Below, one piece after another: positions 17,739 through 26,826 of a stretch of 64,000 nt of DNA; position 1 is the first letter of the stretch; the number at the start of each line of letters is the position of its first letter. The position numbers and the translations under genes are program-made. This DNA comes from Thermodesulfobacteriota bacterium (GTDB taxonomy: Bacteria > Desulfobacterota > BSN033 > UBA1163). Location: contig JBHGBJ010000004.1 of the NCBI GenBank assembly GCA_041947025.1, forward strand, positions 15,837 through 79,836. The letters are read 5' to 3'. The notes below the pieces were generated by a model. That model was not told the DNA's origin and did no database searches. It was given only the letters and a program-made list of their open reading frames with translations.

Positions 17739-20700
17739 ATGCCGTCGCAAGGGAAAAGGGGCCGCAAGATCGCCCTTTCAATCTTTCTCTTCCTCTTCGC
17801 CCTCTCTCTCTTCATCGTCTATATCCGCTACCTCGATCTCAAGAAGGCACTGATCGAGAAGGGTTCTGAAAAAGTCTCCTCCGTCATTGGACAGAGGATT
17901 CGTATCGAAGACCTTTCTCTGAGCCTCCCTGGAGCCATCAATCTTTATGGCATCACCATCGAGAACCCGGAAGGGTTTCCCCCTGGGCCCCTTCTCCGAA
18001 TCGGGAAACTTCACCTGGATCTTCGGCTCAGGGAACTGATCGGAGGAAGACTCTCCCTTCGTAATGTGATTCTCTATTCACCGGAGCTGACATTAAGGAG
18101 GGATGAGCAAGGCAGATATAATATTTCGGACAGGCTCATGGCCCTTTTTCCCGGAAAATCGACAACCCAATACCAGTTGGAGGAATTCAGAATAGACTCG
18201 GGCACCTTTGATTTGAACCGGGGTGAACGGAGCCGGATCAATTCCATCAATATTCGTCTGAAGAACATCTCCTCCGAGCCGAGCACAAGAACCGAGATCC
18301 GTGGAACCGTTCTTTATGCGGGAAACAGGGTTCGGACGGAGGGATGGGTCACCCTCAATGATCCTGCAAAGAGGGCTCACCTCACAATCTCCTGCAAGGA
18401 CCTTCGGCTCTCTCCGTTCAGAAGAAGCCTTAGACTCTACAAGGTCGATACTGAAAAGACAAGGATAAGCGTCGATTTACAGATCGATGGCGACACCGAA
18501 AAGGGTTTTCGTATCATCCCAAGCCTTCAGGTCGAACGGGTAGGAGTTCCCCTGCTGACCAGAGAAGTCAGTGCCCTTCGCCTCCAGGGAGATCTCCTCC
18601 TCGCCCTCCGCGACGACTCCCTGATTGTCCAGAATATGTCTCTGCTTGTGAAGGACCTCTCAAAAGCTACGTTGAAGGGCGCCGTGACCGATTTGAGGAA
18701 AAACCCTTCCTACAATGTCGATATCAAGATCGACAGACTCGATCTTTCCAAACTCGGCTTCATGAAGGGCTTGAGGGTCAGGGGCATACTGAGTTCGACG
18801 GCCCTCCGCGTCAAAGGGAGATTTGAATCGGGGGCTCCGGAACTTTCCGGTTCTTTTCAACTCAAAGAGGCCGGCATCGAATCGCCTGACGGAGTCATCG
18901 AAAAGATAGACGCCGATTTCATTCTTTCATGGAGCAAGGGGATATCGATCAAAGGAGAAGGTCTCGCAAGGGTCGTGAAGGCGGGGCCCTATTCCCTTCT
19001 CAAGCCTCTTGATGTGAGGTTGTCAGCAACCCTGAATGGGGTTCAAGGAGGTATGGACATCCTTTCTTCCCTCACCCTCTCCTCCGCCGAAATCACGTTT
19101 AAGAACGAGAAGACTCTTTCCATAGGAAGCGGAAGTGTGAGGATCGATGGCACCCTCAAAGACCTTGATTTCTCAGGCAAAAGCTCTTTTGAATTAACCC
19201 AGATTCAGTTTCCCGGCGGCACGATTCCCTGGTTCAAGAGCCGGTTCACGGTGGACTCCCAAAAGGGTGAAATTATCCTCAGAGACCCGGTGGCCGAAAC
19301 CGAAGACCTGAAGACATCTGCCAATCATATCTGGATCAGGACGACTGAATCGAAGAGCGGCTATCGCATCGAAGCAGGGAGTCTCAATGCGGCCTATCGA
19401 GCCACAGAGGCTCTGATCAAAGAAGGCGATTTTGAGCTGACTTTCTTGCCGAATCAGGAACCCGTTACGGGTGATCTCCGTTTTTCAGCTAAGAATATCC
19501 TCTTCCATGGAATACCTTTGGCTCAGGTATCCGGAATGGGAAGGTTTGACGACAAAACTTTCTCCGTCGATATCGGCGGTGTCGAGTTCGCCGGCGGACG
19601 GGTGAAGGCTGCGGTTCAGGGAGGGATCTCAGAAGGTTTTTTCCCGTTGAGGGTGACCTTGGGGGGAGAAGGCATCGATTTCGGGACCCTATGGAACTTA
19701 GCACCGAAATCGATGAAACCTCCCTACCATGTCGCCGGCGAAATCAAGAGGGTCTCCTTTGAGGGAATCGTCCATTCTCAGGAATCCCTGAGTGGGCACG
19801 CTGCTCTGGAGGCAAGAAAGCTTTCCGTCTTCAATCCGGCAGCCGGCCGAACTCTTTTTAAGGACGCTTCCTTCACTGGGAATGGGGAATTTAAGGGGAG
19901 TGATCTCTCTTTTACGGGAGAGGCAAGCGCGGGCAACGTGGTCGCCCGGCTCTCCGGTGTCGCAAAAGGTTTGATGGCAAAGGCCCTTCAATTGCAGGCC
20001 AAAGCCGCCCTTACCGAGGTCCCGATATCCGACATCCGAAATACGTTCTGGGATATCTTTCCGGATAGTCTTCTTTATGTTGGGCTGCAAGGTTCTGTCT
20101 CTTCAGAGGCCTCTGTCACTTATGGCCGGGAGGGCTTGGAAGTCAACGGAAGTCTACTCTTAAAAGACTTTACCCTCGAAGGAGAGAACCGCGAGTATTC
20201 CATCGGGCCGATCCGGGGTACGGTTCCCATTCAATATGGAAAAGACCGGGCCGCCAAAGAAGGGATGACTCTCCCTTCTTTCGAGAAACCTCAGTTCGAG
20301 CAACTGAGCCGTACCTATGCTCAGGAAACCTCAACAGAAGGTCTCTACAGGTTGACCGTTGGCTCCTTGAGGTATGGTTTCCCTTTGTTAGAAAATATCA
20401 CGCTCTCCTTCAAACCCGGACGGAACCTTTGGAATATCGAGCGTCTCAGTGCAGATGTCTTTGGCGGGAAACTGAACGGTTCTGCTATAATAGACCTCTC
20501 CGCTGGATTTCGGTGTCGGGGGGGGCTCTTACTCAAGGCCGTAAGCCTGAGAGCGCTTTGCGACGGCATTGAACCGATTAGGGGATTCATGTCCGGCAAG
20601 GCGGATGGTATTGCAAATTTCAGGGCTTCTGAATTCGGTCTCTCTCAACTGATGGGGATAGCAGATTTCTGGACATACTCCACCGGGACTGAAAAGACCA

Positions 20701-20960
20701 TGATCAGCAAGGAATTTCTTCAGAGGGTGGGAGGGCCTTCCATGAAGGTCTCTCTCAGGAACCGGGATTTCGATAAGGGAATCTTGAGTCTCTACATGAA
20801 GGATGGAGATCTTATCTTTAAGGATCTCGAAATATCCAACAGAAACTTTTTCGGTGTGACGGATCTCTCCGTTAAGGTTGCGCCTTTAAGCAACAGGATT
20901 TCCATTGACCATCTTATGGGGACGATCGCTGAGGCGGCAGAAAGGGCCAAAAAGAAGTAA
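17739..20960 (+). CDS. AsmA-like (YdbH/TamB-type) intermembrane bridge protein
   Basis: N-terminal TM anchor, AsmA-like start (GITIENPEGF...LYSPELTLRRDEQGRYN), 1073 aa of repeating beta-strand pattern. Confidence 0.78.
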   Translation: MPSQGKRGRKIALSIFLFLFALSLFIVYIRYLDLKKALIEKGSEKVSSVIGQRIRIEDLSLSLPGAINLYGITIENPEGFPPGPLLRIGKLHLDLRLRELIGGRLSLRNVILYSPELTLRRDEQGRYNISDRLMALFPGKSTTQYQLEEFRIDSGTFDLNRGERSRINSINIRLKNISSEPSTRTEIRGTVLYAGNRVRTEGWVTLNDPAKRAHLTISCKDLRLSPFRRSLRLYKVDTEKTRISVDLQIDGDTEKGFRIIPSLQVERVGVPLLTREVSALRLQGDLLLALRDDSLIVQNMSLLVKDLSKATLKGAVTDLRKNPSYNVDIKIDRLDLSKLGFMKGLRVRGILSSTALRVKGRFESGAPELSGSFQLKEAGIESPDGVIEKIDADFILSWSKGISIKGEGLARVVKAGPYSLLKPLDVRLSATLNGVQGGMDILSSLTLSSAEITFKNEKTLSIGSGSVRIDGTLKDLDFSGKSSFELTQIQFPGGTIPWFKSRFTVDSQKGEIILRDPVAETEDLKTSANHIWIRTTESKSGYRIEAGSLNAAYRATEALIKEGDFELTFLPNQEPVTGDLRFSAKNILFHGIPLAQVSGMGRFDDKTFSVDIGGVEFAGGRVKAAVQGGISEGFFPLRVTLGGEGIDFGTLWNLAPKSMKPPYHVAGEIKRVSFEGIVHSQESLSGHAALEARKLSVFNPAAGRTLFKDASFTGNGEFKGSDLSFTGEASAGNVVARLSGVAKGLMAKALQLQAKAALTEVPISDIRNTFWDIFPDSLLYVGLQGSVSSEASVTYGREGLEVNGSLLLKDFTLEGENREYSIGPIRGTVPIQYGKDRAAKEGMTLPSFEKPQFEQLSRTYAQETSTEGLYRLTVGSLRYGFPLLENITLSFKPGRNLWNIERLSADVFGGKLNGSAIIDLSAGFRCRGGLLLKAVSLRALCDGIEPIRGFMSGKADGIANFRASEFGLSQLMGIADFWTYSTGTEKTMISKEFLQRVGGPSMKVSLRNRDFDKGILSLYMKDGDLIFKDLEISNRNFFGVTDLSVKVAPLSNRISIDHLMGTIAEAAERAKKK

Positions 20961-20998
20961 TGTGATTCAGAGAGTAAGACGATCGAACGTAGATATTA

Positions 20999-21057
20999 GA
21001 TGGTTGACTGATGATTGTTGATTGTCTAAGACGTTCAATCATCAATTATCAATCCTA
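20999..21057. repeat. short inverted heptamer array
   Basis: gatggtt gactgat gattgtt gattgtc ... aatcatc aattatc aatc. Confidence 0.6.
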
Positions 21058-21073
21058 AGAGGAGGTATCGGAT

Positions 21074-21694
21074 ATGAGAAAGAGAATGGTGATCTTCGCA
21101 GGCATCCTGTTTTTCACGATGGCTTCATGTATGGTTATAACGGTCAACATCTACTTTCCCGAGAAAGAAGTGAAAGAGGCGTTCAAGGCCCTGGAAAAGG
21201 AATTGATGACCCCTGAAAAAGAAAAATCAGAACCCAAGCCGGATGTGAAGCCAGGAAGCTCCCGAAGGTTTGAGTGGGTGACTTCCGCCCATGCTCAGGA
21301 GCCCGGCCTTTCAGACAAGATCGCCGAAATGGTCAAAAAGATGCCCGATGTGGTCAATGCCTATAAGGAGATGGGCGCCCGAATTACAGATATCGACAGG
21401 CTGAGAGACAGCGGGGCCGTCGGAGAAGGGAACAACGGCATGCTTGTGATCCGCGATGAAAAAGGATTGCTCCCCGATCACAGGAGCCTCATTGCTTCGG
21501 AAAACGAGAACCGAAGAACGGTCATCAACGGCATGGCAAGGGCCATCATCAGAATAAACCGCGTGCCTGAAAATGACCAGAACTTCAAGCAGGTGCTGCC
21601 GCAGGCCGTGCAGCAGTTTGCTTCCATTCGGCGGGAGGCTGCAAAAAGAGGCTGGTGGATTCAGTCTCCTGACGGCAACTGGAACAGGAAGTAA
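21074..21694 (+). CDS. lipoprotein with YdbL/DUF1318 domain
   Basis: Lipobox-like MASC; C-terminal GAVGEGNNG...ENENRR...GWWIQ..DGNW.RK. AGGAGG RBS. Confidence 0.82.
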   Translation: MRKRMVIFAGILFFTMASCMVITVNIYFPEKEVKEAFKALEKELMTPEKEKSEPKPDVKPGSSRRFEWVTSAHAQEPGLSDKIAEMVKKMPDVVNAYKEMGARITDIDRLRDSGAVGEGNNGMLVIRDEKGLLPDHRSLIASENENRRTVINGMARAIIRINRVPENDQNFKQVLPQAVQQFASIRREAAKRGWWIQSPDGNWNRK

Positions 21695-21740
21695 TTCCTT
21701 TATGGAGACTTGAATCGACGACAGCCTAACGAAGCTTGAA

Positions 21741-21871
21741 CCGCTGGGTCTTGCCCGTAGCGCTTTTTGGCAGGTCCGAAATGAATTCGATCCACCGCGG
21801 ATATTTATATTTTGCCAACCGGTGAAGCTCCCCGCCCACAGGGCGGGGATTGCGGGGCACTTGCCGGTCAA
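21741..21871. repeat. GC-rich hairpins resembling IS200/IS605-type ends or REPs
   Basis: CCCCGCCC-aca-GGGCGGGG perfect stem at 21830-21848 and a GGGTCTTGCCCG motif at 21746-21757. No transposase nearby. Confidence 0.45.
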
Positions 21872-22065
21872 GACCCCATCGTTTACATCAGCGGTCCGCA
21901 AAATAGTCGGCCGCATTGAAAAGTTCTTCGGGTTCTTCGCGAGCCATTTTCTCCTCCTCAGGCCTCAGAATACCAATTTTTTTCAAAAAATGATATGTCC
22001 CATTAACTGGAATATCAACCAAACCCCCAACCCTCATCCCGTTGCCGGTTCCCTTAGAGGCAGTA

Positions 22066-22082
22066 TTGGTATACTTTTTGCT
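22066..22082 (+). promoter_or_regulatory. sigma-54 (-24/-12) promoter
   Basis: TTGGTATACTTTTTGCT has GG-N10-GC spacing, about 200 bp upstream of the DUF2339 gene. Confidence 0.62.
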
Positions 22083-22277
22083 CATACCCCTATTTATTGA
22101 ATCAGCCAACGGCTTGCCTGATATAAGAATTACTAATCGGATGGTACCCCGATTTGAGAATTCACACGGGACGTTTTGGCTTTTTTCTCAATAAAATAGA
22201 GAAGTTAAATAATTTTGATATCGGTATCCGGATGGTTTGATCGCTGGTTCTAATAGAGGGAAAGGGGTGAATACGTT

Positions 22278-24566
22278 ATGTACGCTTTCGGATCTCTTTG
22301 GATATTTATAGTATTATTCATACTTGCAGGGTCTATCTGCGGTATCGTCGCCCTTAAGAAGGTTAAACGGCTTTTTAGGGATCTGGAGGGTTTAAAAAAG
22401 CAGTTGAGATCTCTGGAATCCCGGTTGAAAGAACCGGAAGTCCCCACTCCTACCGTCAAAAAAGAAATTCTTACTGAAGAACCACTTCCCTCCGTAGGTC
22501 TCTCTGCGGGTGCCACCGATTCCTTGGATCTACCTCCCTCTCAACCGGCTCCTGAAGCCCATCAGGTTCCACCTCTGCTTGAACGGGAAAGCATTCCATC
22601 CCCACCTTCCACACCTGGGGCATCACCTCTATCTCTCGAAATGAAACTCGGCACCAAATGGCTGAACTGGGTTGGCATCGTAATGCTGTTAGTGGGGATC
22701 GGCTTCTTTCTCAAATATGCCTATGACAATGCCTGGATCGGTCCGAAAGGACGTTTGGCGATAGGGATTCTTTTTGGCCTGGTCGCTTTGGGACTTGGAG
22801 AGCGATTCAAGAGAAGAGATTGGTCCGTATTGTTTCAGGTGTTGACAGGGGGAGGACTGGCCACCTTCTATCTTTGCATCTACTTCTCTTTTCAAGTTTA
22901 CCGGATATCCGACCAGACCATCTCGATGATTCTGGCGATTCTGGTGACTGCTCTGGCAGTGGTGATAGCCGTGGCAAACAATGCTGTCCCCATTGCGATT
23001 ATGGCTCTTATCGGAGGCTTTCTAAGCCCGGTGCTTCTCTCAACCGGGGTCAATCGGCCCTACGCCTTTTTTACCTATATAGCCATTCTCGATATGGTGG
23101 CCATGGGAGCAGCATACTTCCGAAGATGGCGCATTCTCGACCTGTTATGCTTCGCGGGTACGGCCGTCATGTACTTCGGTTGGCATGAGAAGTTTTATCG
23201 ATCCGACCAGATGGCGCCGGCGCTGATCTATACGTCCCTCTTCTATCTCATGTTTCTACTCATCCCCACCCTTCATAGCCTGGTGCGTCGCCTTCCCGAA
23301 ACTCCGGAAGGCCTGGCAATTGTTCTGCTCAATGCCGGATTGTCACTCTTGTCATACTATGATGTGCTGTTTCCGGATAATCGATATGTCCTTGGTTTTG
23401 TGATTCTTGAACAGGCGGCCCTCGTCTTCCTGCTTTTCCACGTGTGGACAAAGCGGGTTGGAATCGATAGCCGCATATCCGTGAGCTTCCTCGCCATCAC
23501 CCTGGGCCTTGTGACCCTTGCCATTCCGATCCAGATGAAACTCTACGGTATCCCCATCGCTTGGGCCATGGAAGGTGCGGTTTTCATATATCTCGGCATT
23601 CGGTTCCGGCAAATTCTATGCGAGATCGCAGGAGGCGTTGCCTTTATTCTCGCTGTGGTGGGTTTACTTTGTCGGCTTCCTCTTCATAAAGTTCTTTTCA
23701 CCCCCGTGTTTAATGTGCCCTTTGGCTCCTGGTCATGTGTCGTTGCCGCGACAGCCATTTCCGCCTATCTATTGCATCGAGACAAGGAGAGCGAAGATCC
23801 TTGGCGCAACTTTCTCACCGTTTCATCCTTTCTGCTCTCTTTATCTCTGGCATGTTCACTTCTCAGCATGGAGCTAGCCCAGCTTTGGAAGGTGAACTAT
23901 CGAATCGCACACTATCGCACTTATGAGTCAAGTTCACTGGTAATCCTGTGGTCATTAATCCCGACAGCCATCGCATGCGTGCTTGTCAATAAGAAATCGA
24001 AAGCATGGGTACCCCTTCCGGGGATTTGTTTTGTCATTGGTGTGATCATTTTATTCACCGGCCTGACAAACGATCGATACCCCTCGCCCTGGCTTTTCTT
24101 GAATGCGGCCTTCTTACCGAGGCTCGTTCTTGTAATCTCTCTCTGGTATACTGCAAGACTATACCGGAGGCTCGACCTTAAGATAGAACCCGATGTACAT
24201 AGCTTAGCGGGTCACGGGATCTTAGCACTTCTGGTGGCCTTTGAGTTCGCCCGTTGGGGCGGGCACAGCCACCTCATTACCCCTAAGATGAGCATCAGCT
24301 TGATTTCGGCAGCCTGGGCCGTGCACGCCTTTGTCGTCATCTGGATTGGGTTGGCAAAACGAAACCAGCTCCTTCGGTATCTTGGGTTTGTCTTGTTCTT
24401 CCTGACGATCGGCAAAACACTCATCATCGATATGAGCGAGCTGGAGAAGGTCTACCGAATCGTTTCATTTGCGGCAAGTGGCATACTCCTCGTATCTGCC
24501 GGGTACTTTTATCAGCGTTACAGTTCAAGGCTCTTGGAGCGACCAGAGCCGGGGACATCATCATGA
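22278..24566 (+). CDS. DUF2339-family polytopic membrane protein
   Basis: LEMKLGTKWLNWVG...FFLKYAYDNAWIGP; C-terminal K.LIIDMSEL..YRIVSF...G.LL. Confidence 0.87.
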   Translation: MYAFGSLWIFIVLFILAGSICGIVALKKVKRLFRDLEGLKKQLRSLESRLKEPEVPTPTVKKEILTEEPLPSVGLSAGATDSLDLPPSQPAPEAHQVPPLLERESIPSPPSTPGASPLSLEMKLGTKWLNWVGIVMLLVGIGFFLKYAYDNAWIGPKGRLAIGILFGLVALGLGERFKRRDWSVLFQVLTGGGLATFYLCIYFSFQVYRISDQTISMILAILVTALAVVIAVANNAVPIAIMALIGGFLSPVLLSTGVNRPYAFFTYIAILDMVAMGAAYFRRWRILDLLCFAGTAVMYFGWHEKFYRSDQMAPALIYTSLFYLMFLLIPTLHSLVRRLPETPEGLAIVLLNAGLSLLSYYDVLFPDNRYVLGFVILEQAALVFLLFHVWTKRVGIDSRISVSFLAITLGLVTLAIPIQMKLYGIPIAWAMEGAVFIYLGIRFRQILCEIAGGVAFILAVVGLLCRLPLHKVLFTPVFNVPFGSWSCVVAATAISAYLLHRDKESEDPWRNFLTVSSFLLSLSLACSLLSMELAQLWKVNYRIAHYRTYESSSLVILWSLIPTAIACVLVNKKSKAWVPLPGICFVIGVIILFTGLTNDRYPSPWLFLNAAFLPRLVLVISLWYTARLYRRLDLKIEPDVHSLAGHGILALLVAFEFARWGGHSHLITPKMSISLISAAWAVHAFVVIWIGLAKRNQLLRYLGFVLFFLTIGKTLIIDMSELEKVYRIVSFAASGILLVSAGYFYQRYSSRLLERPEPGTSS

Positions 24567-25882
24567 AAAAGCTTGCGGTCATCTTCCTCCTTCTGGGTGT
24601 TGCCACGGCGCTTCACGCAGGTTTTGACTTTACCGGGTGGACATGGCAGCGACCGATCGACGCACAGAATTTCTCAGGATTCGTCCGACTACCCATTCCT
24701 TCTGACGTTTTCAATGAAAGTCAACCGTCACTGAATGACCTCCGAGTGCTTGATGAGAGCAGTTCCCTCGTCCCCCACATCATTCATTGGGGCAGAATCC
24801 AAGAAGTTCGACAACTGGAGTGGAAACCGGCTCGATTGCTGAATGCAACATTCGTTCCTGGGAAATATTCAAGAATGACCGTAGATTTCGGAGAGAGGGT
24901 TGAAAAGAACCTTTTGCAAGTAAACCTTTCCGGCCGCAATTATCGGCGCCGAGCGCTTCTTGAAGGAAGCGATGACACCAGGAACTGGGAGGTCATTGCG
25001 GAAGATTTGTGGCTTTTTGATGTGAGTGTGGAAGGCCAGAACTTCAAGGTTGACACCCTCAAGTTTCCTGCCAGCAATCTCCGATATCTTCGGTTAACCG
25101 TCTATAACATGTCCGACGACCCGAGGCGGATTACGATTGAGACGGTCAGAGGTGCTTTCCAACGGATCGAATTAGAAAAAGAACTCGTCTCCGTCCCTGT
25201 GAGGCAGATGGTCCCGTCTCATCAGGAGGATAAGAAAGAGTCGGTCTTTGATCTGGACCTCGGATTCCGTAACCTCCCGTTGGTCGGTTTGCAGTTCGAA
25301 GTTACAGATCCCTACTTCTATCGCGGCTACGAACTTTGCGGACGTAATGAATTAAGAGAAAAAGTTCGACGGAAAACCGAAACAGGCGCAGACTCTATCG
25401 AACGTGATGCGCCCTGGAGATATGTGCAGCGGGGAGTGCTCTACCGAATCCAAGACAAAACGAAGATCAACGAGTCCCTTAAGGTAGAGGGGATCCATGC
25501 CCCTTACCGTTACTTACGCCTTCGTATTTTCAACGGGGACAATCCGCCCCTCCAGATCAACGGAGTATCGGTGCGTCGGCGGGAAACCAGCCTGATGTTT
25601 CAGGCTCAAACAGGTAAACGTTACGTATTGATTGGAGGAAAGCTTAATGTAGGCAAGGCCGACTACGACTTAGCCAAAGCCGTTCAAGGCCTGGATGAGT
25701 TGAAATTGCCGGGTATCCGTCTCGGTTCTCCAACCATCCTAACTCATAAGGAACAACTACCCCCTTGGACAGAGCGATACGGGATTATCCTCTGGATCGT
25801 TTTAGTCCTTGCGGTCAGCGTGATGGTTTGGCTCATTGCGAAGAATTTGAAGAAACTTCACACCTCTCAAAGCCAACGATAA
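24563..25882 (+). CDS. DUF3999-like exported protein with C-terminal TM anchor
   Basis: Signal peptide; DLRVLD, YLRLRIFNGDNPPL, YDL; C-terminal LWIVLVLAV. ATGA overlap with DUF2339. Confidence 0.75.
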   Translation: MKKLAVIFLLLGVATALHAGFDFTGWTWQRPIDAQNFSGFVRLPIPSDVFNESQPSLNDLRVLDESSSLVPHIIHWGRIQEVRQLEWKPARLLNATFVPGKYSRMTVDFGERVEKNLLQVNLSGRNYRRRALLEGSDDTRNWEVIAEDLWLFDVSVEGQNFKVDTLKFPASNLRYLRLTVYNMSDDPRRITIETVRGAFQRIELEKELVSVPVRQMVPSHQEDKKESVFDLDLGFRNLPLVGLQFEVTDPYFYRGYELCGRNELREKVRRKTETGADSIERDAPWRYVQRGVLYRIQDKTKINESLKVEGIHAPYRYLRLRIFNGDNPPLQINGVSVRRRETSLMFQAQTGKRYVLIGGKLNVGKADYDLAKAVQGLDELKLPGIRLGSPTILTHKEQLPPWTERYGIILWIVLVLAVSVMVWLIAKNLKKLHTSQSQR

Positions 25883-26061
25883 AGATTTGCCTCTCTTCGT
25901 TTAAGACAATAATCGATTCCTCTATCTGCGTATTCATCATGATCTTCCCAGTTTCTGCCTCTGCAAAACCGTTCTCTTTCTCCATGCTTGAAGTTACTAC
26001 GATAAGCTGTTAAGAAAGGGAAAAATGAAGGGGAGAAGGCGGATTCATGAAAGGAGATACG

Positions 26062-26826
26062 ATGGAGACCATAAAGATCATGCCATGCCTCGATATGAAA
26101 GAGGGCCGTGTCGTCAAAGGGGTCCATTTTGTAGATTTAAGAGACGTAGGTAATCCTGTGGAGAATGCCGCCTTTTATGAAAAAGAAGGGGCTGATGAGC
26201 TAGCCATGCTCGATATCGCTGCCACGCTGGAAAACCGAAAGACTAGGCTCGAATGGGTCAAGAACGTTTCATCGGCCATCCACATCCCTTTGACGGTGGG
26301 TGGTGGCATCTCCACGCTCGAAGACATCGATCTGGTCTTAGAGGCAGGGGCTGATAAGGTCTCGATGAATAGCGCTGCTGTCAGGGATCCAAATCTCGTG
26401 AAACAAGCCTCTAAGAAATTCGGTAAAGACAAGATCACCATAGCCGTCGATGCAAGAAGAAACAAGAAGATGCCATCCGGATTCGAGCTGGTCGTCTCAG
26501 GCGGAACCAAGGCGATCGGCAAAGACGCTGTGGCCTGGGCCAGACAGTGCCAGGAATTGGGTGCCGGCGTGATCCTGCCGACGAGTATGGATGGCGATGG
26601 AACCCAGGACGGCTATGATCTCGAATTTACGAAAGCCATTTCGGATGCCGTCGATCTGCCGGTGGTTGCCTCAGGAGGAGCAGGAAAGTTGGAGCATTTC
26701 TATGAGGCTGTGGTTCAGGGAGGTGCCCGGGTTCTTTTGGCGGCTTCAGTCTTCCACTACCGGATCCTGAGTATTAAAGAGGTTAAAGAATATTTGCGAA
26801 AAAAAGGACTACCCGTCAATCCGTAA
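26062..26826 (+). CDS. hisF: imidazole glycerol phosphate synthase cyclase subunit
   Basis: IMPCLD..GRVVKG, GADEL, TVGGGI, TSMDGDGT..GYD, ASGGAG, LAASVFH. Confidence 0.95.
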   Translation: METIKIMPCLDMKEGRVVKGVHFVDLRDVGNPVENAAFYEKEGADELAMLDIAATLENRKTRLEWVKNVSSAIHIPLTVGGGISTLEDIDLVLEAGADKVSMNSAAVRDPNLVKQASKKFGKDKITIAVDARRNKKMPSGFELVVSGGTKAIGKDAVAWARQCQELGAGVILPTSMDGDGTQDGYDLEFTKAISDAVDLPVVASGGAGKLEHFYEAVVQGGARVLLAASVFHYRILSIKEVKEYLRKKGLPVNP

